DNA from: Ignavibacteriota bacterium
GTDB taxonomy: Bacteria > Bacteroidota > Ignavibacteria > UBA10030
Direction: 5' to 3'
Assembly (NCBI GenBank): GCA_963727825.1
Contig: CAVSHO010000001.1
Location: forward strand, 84,926 to 148,925
Length of the DNA: 64,000 bases
Positions within the stretch are counted from its first letter, which is position 1; the number at the start of each line of letters is the position of its first letter. This document shows, piece by piece, positions 29,944-39,910 of the stretch. The position numbers and the translations under genes were made by a program. The notes under the pieces were generated by a model. That model saw only the letters and a list, made by a program, of their open reading frames with translations, was not told where the DNA came from and made no database searches.

Positions 29944-30303
29944 ATGGATAAAATCCAAATAAAAAAGCCATACGATCTTGAAGAACGGACGCTCCAGTAT
30001 ACAAAAGACGTTATTTCTCTGGTTAGTAAGGCAACAAAGAATTTATCAAATATTGAAATCGCAAAACAATTGATTCGATCATCGGGATCAGTGGGAGCTA
30101 ATTATATTGAGGCAAATGAATCTTTGGGAAAGAAAGACTTTGTGATGCATGCACGGATAGCTCGTAAGGAGGCAAAAGAAAATCGTTATTGGCTACAGTT
30201 AATGGAATGCAACGACTATTTGCAACCATTAAGAGATCAATTGACTCAAGAATCAACGGAATTATTGAAAATTCTTAGCAAGATCATTGAGAAATCAACT
30301 TGA
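29944..30303 (+). CDS. Four-helix-bundle protein (23S rRNA intervening-sequence protein family)
   Basis: 119 aa with YDLEERTLQY...QLIRSSGSVGANYIEANES.SKKDF..ARIARKEAKENRYWLQL, characteristic of this family. Confidence 0.8.
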   Translation: MDKIQIKKPYDLEERTLQYTKDVISLVSKATKNLSNIEIAKQLIRSSGSVGANYIEANESLGKKDFVMHARIARKEAKENRYWLQLMECNDYLQPLRDQLTQESTELLKILSKIIEKST

Positions 30304-30383
30304 TTCGGAATTTTGAGTTTGTTATTTGTTTGTGATTTGGGTGTTGATAATTGGAATTTCAATTAAAGATATTGGATAAGTTT

Positions 30384-31589
30384 ATGAATCGTTATTCCAA
30401 ATCCGTTTCTTCTCTTCGTACATCAGAGATCCGAGATCTCATGGGGCTTGCAACGCGGGCGGATATTATTTCGTTTGCCGGCGGTATGCCGGGTAACGAA
30501 CTGTTTCCCGTTGAAGAAATCGACGAGATCTATAACAATTTGCCCCTCGATATAAAACAAACTGCTTTTCAATATGGCCCTACACCTGGGTACCCACCAC
30601 TACTTGAATCTTTGAAAGAGTATTTAAAAAAGAAAGGAATGCCGGTTGAAACAAACAAGTTGATGATTACAACCGGTTCTTTGCAGGCGATCAATATTCT
30701 TGCAAAAGTATTTATCAATCCGGAGGATTTAGTTGTTACGGAAAATCCTTGTTTTATTGGAGGAATTTCTGCATTCAAATCATATCAAGCAAATCTTCAC
30801 GGAATAAATTTGGATGACAATGGAATTGATATCTTTTCTTTGAAGAGTTTTTTAGATGGTACGAAATATATGCCCCCAAAATTTATTTATCTTACGCCAA
30901 ACTTTCATAATCCTGCCGGCATACTTTATACAGAACAGCGAAAGGAAGAATTGGTGCCTGTGCTTCAAGAGCATGATTTAATGCTAATCGAAGATGATGC
31001 ATATGGCGAATTGTATTTCGATGAAGAAGCGAAAAAAAGAGTAGTTCCTTTGAAAGCATTATATGAAGGTAAGCTTGATATATGTTATACAAGCTCTTTT
31101 TCAAAAATACTCGGGCCTGGTTTTAGATTAGGTTGGATGTTAGTACCTAATGAGATTTATCAGAAAGCAGAATTGTGCAAGCAGTCAATGGATGCTTGTT
31201 CTCCTAACTTTACGCAAGTTTTAGCAAATGAATTCCTGCGAAGCGGTAAGATGGATCTCTACATAAAAAAAATGCGGGTAATTTATAGGCGGCGTAAAGA
31301 TACAATGGCTATTGCCATCCGCAAATATTTTCCCGATGAAATTACTTGGGTGGAGCCAAAAGGCGGGTTTTACATTTGGTTAAAATTACCATCGAAAATT
31401 GATATTATGTCCGTGCTAAAAGCAAGCATCGAAAAAGGTGCTGTATTTGTAATTGGAAAAACATTCGATCCAGAAGGGGAGGATAATAGTCATTTCAGGT
31501 TGGCATACTCGCACACCCCTGAAGATAAAATCGAAAAAGGTATTCATATTCTTGGCGATGCGTTGAAGAAAGCAATGGCACAATCATAG
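30384..31589 (+). CDS. PLP-dependent aminotransferase, class I/II (2-aminoadipate/aromatic aminotransferase-like)
   Basis: ATG at 30384 (the tracked ORF begins at a TTG at 30351). FAGGMPGNELFP, YLTPNFHNPAG, and a PLP-Lys context SSFSKILGPGFRLGW. Confidence 0.8.
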   Translation: MNRYSKSVSSLRTSEIRDLMGLATRADIISFAGGMPGNELFPVEEIDEIYNNLPLDIKQTAFQYGPTPGYPPLLESLKEYLKKKGMPVETNKLMITTGSLQAINILAKVFINPEDLVVTENPCFIGGISAFKSYQANLHGINLDDNGIDIFSLKSFLDGTKYMPPKFIYLTPNFHNPAGILYTEQRKEELVPVLQEHDLMLIEDDAYGELYFDEEAKKRVVPLKALYEGKLDICYTSSFSKILGPGFRLGWMLVPNEIYQKAELCKQSMDACSPNFTQVLANEFLRSGKMDLYIKKMRVIYRRRKDTMAIAIRKYFPDEITWVEPKGGFYIWLKLPSKIDIMSVLKASIEKGAVFVIGKTFDPEGEDNSHFRLAYSHTPEDKIEKGIHILGDALKKAMAQS

Positions 31590-31658
31590 CATTCCAATTC
31601 CGGAAATCTATTTCTAAATCGAATTCCTGCGTTAATTCCCAATAATTCAAAAAAAAAC

Positions 31659-32594
31659 ATGATATATAATACAAAACGATTGACATCTTATTTAATCGTC
31701 GTATTTCTTTTGTTTGCGGATCTTTCATCTTCACAAAACCAGAATAATCCTTTACCGGTTAAAAATGTGAACAATGAAGATCAGTACAACATCTATTTTC
31801 GTAAAGCAGACAATCACTTAGGCAAATATGAATTTGAAGAGTCCATTAAGGATTGCGAATTAGCCCTAAATTATAATGCGAATGATTTTCTCATACGTGC
31901 AATGATGTGTCTGAATTATTATGAAATTGCAGAAAGACTTGACGTGAAGAAGTCTGGCGACAAAGATAAAAAGATCGAGATATATAAAAAAATGATTCAG
32001 ATTGCGGAAAAAGGAATAGCTTGTGCGCCAGATAAGGGTGAGTGCTATTTCATGCGGGGATTGGCAAATGCAAGAATGGCAACAACTAAAGGAGTTCTTT
32101 CCCAATTGTTTACAGCGAAACAAATTGAGACTGATTGGCTAGTGGCAGTAAATCGCAAATCTGATTATGTGACACCAAATGGGGAGAACCTTCAAGCATC
32201 CAGTTGTTTGGCGCTTGGAGTATACTATCGACTCTGTCCGACTTTCTTTTTGCTCAAATGGATATTTGGAATCAGTGGCGATCTTGAAAAAGCGGTTACA
32301 TATTGCAGGAAGGCATATGATCTGGATTCGACAAGAATTGAGATTGTAAAAGAATATGGTGTTGCACTGATAACGCGTGGATTGGAATCTAAGAACGAAA
32401 ATGATATCGAACGAGGCAAAGAATATTTGCGAAAGGTGGCTTCTCTGCCGTTACGGTTACAGACAGATAAAACTGATATCGAACATAGTAAAATGCTTCT
32501 AGAGAATATAAGCTTATGCCCAGGATATTCAAGAGATGAAGAACAAGATGTTTCCAAAGAAACATTTACTAAGGAAAATTCAGTGTCGCACTGA
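31659..32594 (+). CDS. Secreted TPR-like repeat protein, function unknown
   Basis: 311 aa with a signal-like N-terminus and helical-repeat-like composition. No catalytic motif recognised. Confidence 0.45.
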   Translation: MIYNTKRLTSYLIVVFLLFADLSSSQNQNNPLPVKNVNNEDQYNIYFRKADNHLGKYEFEESIKDCELALNYNANDFLIRAMMCLNYYEIAERLDVKKSGDKDKKIEIYKKMIQIAEKGIACAPDKGECYFMRGLANARMATTKGVLSQLFTAKQIETDWLVAVNRKSDYVTPNGENLQASSCLALGVYYRLCPTFFLLKWIFGISGDLEKAVTYCRKAYDLDSTRIEIVKEYGVALITRGLESKNENDIERGKEYLRKVASLPLRLQTDKTDIEHSKMLLENISLCPGYSRDEEQDVSKETFTKENSVSH

Positions 32595-32627
32595 ACTTGT
32601 TATTGCGATGAATATCGCTTATGACTG

Positions 32628-33254
32628 TTATGCCAAATGGTTGTTTACGCTCGCAAGAATATCGGAAGTAGAAGTTTCTAAAGAAGTGCGATAATGTTCT
32701 ACCTCAGTTTTAGTTTGAGCAACAAAGTCAGCATCAATTAATGAACCGAGGTTAATTTTAACATTCAACATCGCCCCTTCACACCCTGCATGCAACATCA
32801 GCGCGGCGACACCGGCATCAGAAATAGAATTTTGATTTCCCTTTTCCACAATTATTTTGACAAGTTCCATTGCTTCAATGCAAAGTCCTATGAGTCTTAG
32901 CGGAACGAGTGTAGCCATTTTTATTGCATTCTGAATTTCTACTGCACGTTTTACTTTCTGTTCTTCTGTTTCCTTTGGCAATCCATATGCCGCCATAACC
33001 TGGTCGAATGCTAAAGTGTCTTCTTCGATAATTGAATTGAACTTAGCGCGGAGGTTTTCGGATTGCTTCAGTGTTTTTTCCATTTCTACCTGCACATCAG
33101 CATATTTCCTTTTGCCGATGGTGAGTCGGCAGACCATTGAAGCAAGTGCGGCTCCAAGTGACGCAGCAACCGCAGAAACACTTCCACCGCCGGGCGCAGG
33201 AGTGTCGGACGCAATTTCATTGAGAAAGTAAGTAACAGAAAGAGAAGTAAGCAT
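32628..33254 (-). CDS. Formiminotetrahydrofolate cyclodeaminase (cyclodeaminase/cyclohydrolase family)
   Basis: 208 aa. N-terminal FLNEIASDTPAPGGGSVSAVAASLGAALASMV is the signature of the FtcD C-terminal domain family. Confidence 0.8.
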   Translation of the reverse strand: MLTSLSVTYFLNEIASDTPAPGGGSVSAVAASLGAALASMVCRLTIGKRKYADVQVEMEKTLKQSENLRAKFNSIIEEDTLAFDQVMAAYGLPKETEEQKVKRAVEIQNAIKMATLVPLRLIGLCIEAMELVKIIVEKGNQNSISDAGVAALMLHAGCEGAMLNVKINLGSLIDADFVAQTKTEVEHYRTSLETSTSDILASVNNHLA

Positions 33255-33311
33255 ATTAAATCCTATGAGCTAATATCGCGCTTCAGCTTCGTTCACTATG
33301 AGGTGCTTAAT

Positions 33312-34334
33312 TTAAATTTGGTATTCTATGATTTTATTCTTCGTGTCGAACGGTTCAAATTGGCTTAATCCTAATTTCTCGACAGCGAGTGCAACATATT
33401 CTTGCTCAGTAAGTATTTTTTTATCTGAGTAATACTTTCCCGCCTTCAACATTGCAGCAAGCGGTGTCAACCCAACAATTTCGCTTCCGGTAACGCCGAT
33501 GTCGAGTGCTTGCGCTTGCTTTTTGACTTCTTCAAAAGCTTCGTGAATAGAAGTAATTTCAAAATCTACTAAATTAATAGAAACTTGAGCGATATTGAAT
33601 CGCCCCAGGAAAACTCCAAGAGCTTTCACGGCTTTAAGCGTGCCCGGAATTTTTATTGTTTCGCCATTTTCATTCTTTATCGGATTATCAAATTCATCTT
33701 TCAATACGCGGCCGCTTTCACGGATTCGCATTGCAATTTCATGTGCTAACGCAATGTCTTTTGTATTTAGATTGACGTTGTACGCGATGAGAATACTTCT
33801 CGCTCCGGTGACAGTAGCGCCGGACTTTGAATTAAAAACTGGTTCACCATAATCTGGTTTCCACGCAGGGTCTTTCAGTTTCACGATTAGACCCTCATAT
33901 TCGCCTCTGCGGATGTCAGAAAGATTTTTTCTATAATGTAAGCGAGATGCAAATTCATATAAATAAATTGGAATGTTCAGCTCAGATGCAACACGCCTGC
34001 CATAAATATTGGCAAGCTGCACACAATCACTCATTGAAACGCCGCTAATTGGGACAAATGGAACTACATCTGCAGCGCCGATACGAGGATGTTCACCTTT
34101 GTGCCGAGCCATATCGATATGTTCAGTCGCAACTTTTGTCGCTTGGAAAGCCGCTTCCAGCACGGCGCCTGGTTCACCAATGAATGTTATTACTGTTCGA
34201 TTGTAATCTTTATCCGGTTCAACATTTAGCAAACGAACGTTAGGCACATTTTGCACACTCGCGCCAATGGCATGGATTGTCTCCTGATTTCGACCTTCGC
34301 TAAAATTAGGAACACATTCTACAAGTTTTCGCAT
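33312..34334 (-). CDS. Glutamate formimidoyltransferase
   Basis: 340 aa starting LVECVPNFSEGRN (the FtcD N-terminal domain signature). Sits between hutI and the cyclodeaminase gene. Confidence 0.85.
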   Translation of the reverse strand: MRKLVECVPNFSEGRNQETIHAIGASVQNVPNVRLLNVEPDKDYNRTVITFIGEPGAVLEAAFQATKVATEHIDMARHKGEHPRIGAADVVPFVPISGVSMSDCVQLANIYGRRVASELNIPIYLYEFASRLHYRKNLSDIRRGEYEGLIVKLKDPAWKPDYGEPVFNSKSGATVTGARSILIAYNVNLNTKDIALAHEIAMRIRESGRVLKDEFDNPIKNENGETIKIPGTLKAVKALGVFLGRFNIAQVSINLVDFEITSIHEAFEEVKKQAQALDIGVTGSEIVGLTPLAAMLKAGKYYSDKKILTEQEYVALAVEKLGLSQFEPFDTKNKIIEYQI

Positions 34335-34351
34335 ATTGAATTCTTTCTAAA

Positions 34352-35617
34352 TTAAAAATCCAAATATGTTCCGCGTTTGATAACTTTAGCGACGTGGTTT
34401 GTTCCAAAATGATAAGCAAGATACCGATAGCTTGGAACATCGTAAAGCACAATGTCTGCTTGTTTGCCGATTTCAATGCTGCCAAGTTTCTCTGACAGTC
34501 CAAGAGCAGCCGCTCCGTTGAGCGTGGAAGCGGTAATAGTTTCTTCCGGCGTCATTGACATTTGCGTGCAGGCAATTGTCATCATCAATGGCATGCAATA
34601 AGACATACAAGTACCAGGATTGAAATTTGATGCAATCGCTAGCGGAATACCAGCATCAATAATCTTCCTCGCGGGCGAATAATCGCAGTGAAGGAAGAAC
34701 GAAACGCCGGGAAGAATGGTTGCAATAGTTCCGGATTGTTTTAATGCAGCAATTCCTTCATCGTTGATCTGCTCAAGATGGTCGGCAGAGATCGCTCCCA
34801 TTTCTGCTGCAAGTTTCGATGCGCCAATCTGCGTTAGCTGATCTGCATGAATTTTTATGTTCATACCAAGCGATTTAGCTGTTTTAAAAATTCTCCTGCA
34901 TTGTTCAACAGAAAAATATCCTTGCTCGCAAAAAGCATCGCAGAATTTTGCAAGTTTGCGCTGCGCAATGTAAGGAAGCATCCGTGTGCAAATGAGATCA
35001 ACATAACCGTCGGAATTGTTCTTGAATTCCGGTGGTACTGCGTGAGCTCCGAGAAATGTCGATGTAATGTCCATTAGACATTCGTCGGCAAGCTCATTTA
35101 TCGCTTCCAGTATTCTAATTTCATCTTTTTCGCTCAATCCGTACCCGGATTTAATTTCTACAGTTGTTGTTCCCTCCGTGAGCATTGCATCCAGATGCCG
35201 GTGAGCGAGTTTCTTCAATTCCTTTTTAGTTGCGGTTCGTGTTGCGTTAACAGTATTGAGAATTCCTCCGCCAGCTTGTGCAATCTCCTGATATGTTTTT
35301 TCACGAAGCGATGGATTCCCACCTTCAGCTCGCAATGCAAACTCATTTTCTCGTGTTCCAGCAAAAATCAAATGCGTATGTGAATCTACAAACCCAGGCA
35401 GTCCAACCAAATCTGTAGCATCAATAATGTCGATATTTTCATTCAATGTTTGCGTGAATTCGGCGTTTCGACCAATCCCTTTGAAGGTTCCGTTTTCAAT
35501 TAATACAGTTGCGTTTTCGATAATGCCGAGATCACGCATTTCTTTGCCGGATTTGAACGGCATGCCATTCGCGCGGACAGTAACGAGTTGCTTGATATTT
35601 TTTATGAGAAGATTCAT
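34352..35617 (-). CDS. hutI: Imidazolonepropionase
   Basis: 421 aa amidohydrolase with GFVDSHTHLIFAG and KIHADQL. Confidence 0.9.
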   Translation of the reverse strand: MNLLIKNIKQLVTVRANGMPFKSGKEMRDLGIIENATVLIENGTFKGIGRNAEFTQTLNENIDIIDATDLVGLPGFVDSHTHLIFAGTRENEFALRAEGGNPSLREKTYQEIAQAGGGILNTVNATRTATKKELKKLAHRHLDAMLTEGTTTVEIKSGYGLSEKDEIRILEAINELADECLMDITSTFLGAHAVPPEFKNNSDGYVDLICTRMLPYIAQRKLAKFCDAFCEQGYFSVEQCRRIFKTAKSLGMNIKIHADQLTQIGASKLAAEMGAISADHLEQINDEGIAALKQSGTIATILPGVSFFLHCDYSPARKIIDAGIPLAIASNFNPGTCMSYCMPLMMTIACTQMSMTPEETITASTLNGAAALGLSEKLGSIEIGKQADIVLYDVPSYRYLAYHFGTNHVAKVIKRGTYLDF

Positions 35618-35707
35618 AAAATATTATTTTCTATTGATAGCAAGAAAAGAAGATAATGCTTTGGAATCAAGCCAACGCACTAACAGAGTCAAGCCATTGT
35701 AAAGTGA

Positions 35708-37369
35708 TTAAAATTTTATCATAGGAACATTAATTGACCATTTCTTTGCATTATCAATTGCACGTTTGTATCCAGCATCAGCGTGGCGAATAATACCTAA
35801 ACCGGGATCGTATGTCAATACTCTTTGCAATCTCGCTTCTGCTTCTTTGGTTCCATCGGCGACAACAACCATTCCAGCGTGGATAGATAAACCGATGCCA
35901 ACTCCGCCGCCGTGGTGAACACTTACCCAGCTTGCACCGCCCGTTGCATTAAGAAGTGCATTAAGGATTGGCCAATCTGCGATAGCGTCACTACCGTCAA
36001 GCATTTTTTCTGTTTCACGATTTGGCGACGCAACGCTGCCGCAATCGAGGTGGTCACGGCCAATGACGATAGGAGCTTTTACTTCTCCATTGGCAACAAG
36101 ATCGTTGAAGATCTTTCCCATTTTTGCTCGTTCACCATACCCAAGCCAGCAGATGCGTGCCGGTAATCCCTGAAACTCGACTTCCTTTTGAGCCTTATTA
36201 ATCCAAGTGCATAACTGTTTATTCTGCGGAAATGTTTCCATCACTGCTTGGTCTGTGCGATAGATGTCTTCTGGATCGCCTGAAAGAGCAACCCAACGGA
36301 ATGGACCTTTGCCATCGCAGAAGAGTGGACGAATATATTCGGGCACAAAGCCGGGAATATCAAACGCCTTCTTCACGCCATTTGCCAATGCTTCGCCGCG
36401 GATATTATTCCCATAGTCGAAAACAATGGCACCTTTCTGCTTCAGTTTCAACAAACCTTTCATATGATCAACGATGGATGCTTTGGCGAGTGCAATGTAT
36501 TTTTGAGGATCCTTTTTTCGAAGTTCGAGCGCTTTTGTATAAAGCATACCTGCAGGCACATAGCCGTTCAGGGTATCGTGTGCAGATGTTTGATCGGTAA
36601 CGATATCGGGCAGGAATTTCCCTGCCGCAATCTTTGGAATGATCTCTGCTGCATTCCCGAGTAGACCTACAGATAGAGGAATTTTCTTTTCTTTTGCCGC
36701 GCGAACTTGTGCGAGAGCATCATCAAGATTATTTGTCATTGTGTCTAAATAACTTGTCTCAAGGCGACGCTTGATACGATGCAGATCGACCTCAACAACA
36801 AGACAGGCGGCTCCGTTCATTGTTGCGGCGAGCGGCTGCGCTCCTCCCATACCGCCAAGGCCTGCGGTGAGCAAGAATTTGCCGGCAAGATTTTTTCCGA
36901 AATGTTTCGCTGCAGCTGCAGCAAATGTTTCGAATGTCCCTTGCAAAATCCCCTGCGTACCTATGTAAATCCAGCTTCCTGCTGTCATTTGTCCGTACAT
37001 TGTCAGACCAAGTCCTTCAAGCCGGCGGAATTCTTCCCACGTTGCCCACTTTGGTACAAGCATAGAATTGCTGATGAGAACGCGCGGTGCGTTTTCATGC
37101 GTCTTGAAGATGCCGACTGGCTTGCCGGATTGGACAAGCAATGTTTCATCATTCTCTAAATTCTTTAGGCTTTCAACAATCGCATCGAAGCATTGCCAAT
37201 TGCGGGCAGCCTTTCCTGTGCCGCCATAAACTATCAACTCCTGTGGTTTCTCGGCAACTTCCGGATCGAGATTGTTCATGAGCATCCGTAAAGCGGCTTC
37301 CTGAATCCAGCCCTTGCAGGTGAGTCGCATGCCGCGTGGTGCACGAATATTATGTCGTTTTAATTTCAT
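35708..37369 (-). CDS. hutU: Urocanate hydratase
   Basis: 553 aa with [14 protein letters not shown] and [12 protein letters not shown]. High similarity by eye to bacterial HutU. Confidence 0.95.
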   Translation of the reverse strand: MKLKRHNIRAPRGMRLTCKGWIQEAALRMLMNNLDPEVAEKPQELIVYGGTGKAARNWQCFDAIVESLKNLENDETLLVQSGKPVGIFKTHENAPRVLISNSMLVPKWATWEEFRRLEGLGLTMYGQMTAGSWIYIGTQGILQGTFETFAAAAAKHFGKNLAGKFLLTAGLGGMGGAQPLAATMNGAACLVVEVDLHRIKRRLETSYLDTMTNNLDDALAQVRAAKEKKIPLSVGLLGNAAEIIPKIAAGKFLPDIVTDQTSAHDTLNGYVPAGMLYTKALELRKKDPQKYIALAKASIVDHMKGLLKLKQKGAIVFDYGNNIRGEALANGVKKAFDIPGFVPEYIRPLFCDGKGPFRWVALSGDPEDIYRTDQAVMETFPQNKQLCTWINKAQKEVEFQGLPARICWLGYGERAKMGKIFNDLVANGEVKAPIVIGRDHLDCGSVASPNRETEKMLDGSDAIADWPILNALLNATGGASWVSVHHGGGVGIGLSIHAGMVVVADGTKEAEARLQRVLTYDPGLGIIRHADAGYKRAIDNAKKWSINVPMIKF

Positions 37370-37456
37370 AACGCCGCCTTTCGATAATTACGAAAGTGGT
37401 ACACAACTTGATGTGGCCTCTAAAGTTTCAAATCAGAAATCTAAGAAACTGCGAGA

Positions 37457-37939
37457 CTATAATTTATACCCGATCTTCCGTAAAAAATCTTTACGCCATT
37501 TAATATCGCTCTCGGTCTCTATACCTCTTGATTTTTCGCCATCGATGATGCCGAGAATGCCGCGGCCTTGCTCGGTTTCTGCAATTATTACTTCTACAGG
37601 ATTTGCAGTAGCGCAGAAAATGTTGCAGACTTCCGGAAGATTCTTTATCGCATTAAGAATATTTATCGGAAAACCATTTTCTACAAATAAAATGAAGCAG
37701 TGCCCGCAGGAAAGTGACAGGGCATTCTTCTTTGCTATCTCAATGAGTGCATCGTCGTTGCCGGTCCAGCGGACAAGTGCCATACCGGATGATTCGCAGA
37801 ACCCAAGGCCGAATTTCATCTGCGGATTTGTTTGCACGATGGCTTCGTGAATATCTTCCACTGTTTTAATGAAATGCGATTGCCCGAGAATAAAATTAGT
37901 TGCTTCCGGCTTTTCAATTTTGATTGTTTTTAATTCCAT
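37457..37939 (-). CDS. Adenosine-specific-kinase family (PF04008-like) protein
   Basis: 160 aa with ILGQSHFIKTVEDIHEAIV, CESSG..LVRWTGND, CGHCFILF, CATANPVEVIIAETEQGRGILGIIDG. The family was recalled from memory, not searched. Confidence 0.65.
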   Translation of the reverse strand: MELKTIKIEKPEATNFILGQSHFIKTVEDIHEAIVQTNPQMKFGLGFCESSGMALVRWTGNDDALIEIAKKNALSLSCGHCFILFVENGFPINILNAIKNLPEVCNIFCATANPVEVIIAETEQGRGILGIIDGEKSRGIETESDIKWRKDFLRKIGYKL

Positions 37940-37967
37940 TTGTTTTCCTCAAATTATGTATAAAAGA

Positions 37968-38444
37968 TTAAACTATTGTTTCTACAGGTATCAGAAACTT
38001 TAATAATCCAGTGCCTTGATGAATTGGAATTGATATATCCACTAATGCTAAACTGCATTTTTTCATTTCTATCTCAGGGCTTCGATTTTCATCAATAAGC
38101 AATGAGATTGCTTCAGATAAATATGGCTCGTGTCCGACTAGAAGCACCGACGATACTTTAAGTTTATTAAGCTGCTTGAATAGCTGCCGTGGATCAGAAC
38201 CGTTTAACAATAATTCGCTGTAAACAATCTGCTTCTTATTGATGTTTGATAAGACAATAGATGTAGTATCTTGTGCGCGTTTGAGTGGACTTGAGAACGC
38301 TACATCAATAACAACATTTATTCGTTGGAGAAGTGTACTGATGAGCGTTGCTTGATGCCTACCAAGATCAGTAAGCGGGCGTTCGCTGTCGTCAATTCGC
38401 GAATCGGAAGAAGCGTCGCCGTGTCGGAGGAAGTAAATATGCAT
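37968..38444 (-). CDS. Histidine-phosphatase-superfamily protein, SixA-like phosphohistidine phosphatase
   Basis: ATG at 38444 gives MHIYFLRHGDA (RHG catalytic motif) and LVGHEPYLS (second His). About 158 aa, the typical SixA size. Confidence 0.7.
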   Translation of the reverse strand: MHIYFLRHGDASSDSRIDDSERPLTDLGRHQATLISTLLQRINVVIDVAFSSPLKRAQDTTSIVLSNINKKQIVYSELLLNGSDPRQLFKQLNKLKVSSVLLVGHEPYLSEAISLLIDENRSPEIEMKKCSLALVDISIPIHQGTGLLKFLIPVETIV

Positions 38445-38506
38445 AGTCGTGTTACCAGAATTCTGGAAACCACTGTGCAAACCGAAAGAGCAGATTGAAA
38501 GCTCTG

Positions 38507-39886
38507 CTATGGTTTCGTCAAATTGTATTGTTGAATTTTTGTGTAAAGAGTTTTAAGACTGATGCCAAGAATTTGCGATGCTGTGTTTTTATTCCAACCG
38601 ACAGTTTTAAGGACGCCTGCAATGTGAAATTTTTCGATTTCGTGTATCGAAACTGCACTTCCGATTTGTGGACCGCTTGTCGCAGTGGTAGTTTCTTTGA
38701 TTAGACTTGCGCGTTTACCGATGGGGAGAGCTATGTCTTCAATGCAAATAAGATTTTCTTTACACAGAATGCTGGCACGTTCGATTACATTTTCTAATTC
38801 GCGCACATTGCCGGGCCAATCATATTTCATTAGAAGCTCCAGTGCCTTTGGTTCAATCATTTTCAATTCATGTGGACGCACGCGATTCTTCAAAAAATAA
38901 TCCACGAGTAGAGGAATGTCTTCCGATCTTTCTCGCAATGAAGGTACCGACAGCGTAATGACATTAATACGATATAACAAGTCCTCGCGGAATTTTCCAG
39001 TACCGATTTCGTCATGTAAATCTTTATTCGTAGCAGAAATCACGCGTACATCTGATTTAAAATTCTTATTGCCGCCTACACGCCTATACTCACCTGTTTG
39101 TAGGAAGCGCAAAAGTTTTGGTTGAATCATTAAACTAATCTCGCCGATTTCATCGAGGAAGAGTGTGCCGCCATTTGCAATTTCAACAATACCCTGCTTC
39201 ATTGCATGTGCATCGGTGAAAGCGCCCTTCTCATGACCAAATAATTCGCTTTCAAGCAAATTCTCCGGAATAGATGCACAATTCAATGCAACGAACTGCT
39301 GGTCTTTACGCGAACTATTTTTGTGCAGGAAATTAGCGACAAGTTCTTTGCCCGTGCCGCTTGCACCCTGAATGAGAACAGGCGAATCGGTTGGCGCAAC
39401 TTTGGCGGCTATATTCAGCAATTCTAACATCGGTTTGCTTTCACCAACAATATTGCCTGCGAATGTATGGCGCGCAAGTTCAGACTTTAAGACCTTGTTT
39501 TCGAGACTGAGACGCTTACGCTCCATTGCGTGTTCAATAACAGCAAGAAGTTCGTCTCCTGCATAGGGTTTCGTGATGTAGCTGTATGCGCCTAATTGCA
39601 TGCACTCGACTGCGATTTTCACATCGTGCACACCTGTAAGCATAATGACCTGCGTATCGAAGGAATGATCGCGTATAAACTTCAACACTTCCACTCCATC
39701 AACGCGTGGAAGTTTAACATCCAGCAGAACGAGATCAAATATATGCTGCTGCAGGGCGTTAATGGCAAGAACGCCATCTTTCGCAACTTCAACCCTGTAT
39801 CCTTCTTGAGTGAGCAATACCTGAATGACTTGAAGGAACGATTCCTCGTCATCGACTGTAAGGATGGAAATAGATTCGTTTTTCAT
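38507..39886 (-). CDS. Sigma-54-dependent response regulator (NtrC family)
   Basis: REC (ILTVDDEES...LVLLDVKLP), AAA+ (GASGTGKE, ESELFGHEKGAFTDA), C-terminal HTH (ASQILGISLKTLYTKI). Confidence 0.9.
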   Translation of the reverse strand: MKNESISILTVDDEESFLQVIQVLLTQEGYRVEVAKDGVLAINALQQHIFDLVLLDVKLPRVDGVEVLKFIRDHSFDTQVIMLTGVHDVKIAVECMQLGAYSYITKPYAGDELLAVIEHAMERKRLSLENKVLKSELARHTFAGNIVGESKPMLELLNIAAKVAPTDSPVLIQGASGTGKELVANFLHKNSSRKDQQFVALNCASIPENLLESELFGHEKGAFTDAHAMKQGIVEIANGGTLFLDEIGEISLMIQPKLLRFLQTGEYRRVGGNKNFKSDVRVISATNKDLHDEIGTGKFREDLLYRINVITLSVPSLRERSEDIPLLVDYFLKNRVRPHELKMIEPKALELLMKYDWPGNVRELENVIERASILCKENLICIEDIALPIGKRASLIKETTTATSGPQIGSAVSIHEIEKFHIAGVLKTVGWNKNTASQILGISLKTLYTKIQQYNLTKP

Positions 39887-39910
39887 AATATATTCAGAAT
39901 AAGAAAGCGT

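Noticed and set aside
37402-37420. GGCCAC-atcaa-GTTGT (minus strand) upstream of hutU as a sigma-54 promoter.
   Set aside because: Neither the GG nor the GC dinucleotide falls at consensus spacing, so this is probably a chance resemblance.
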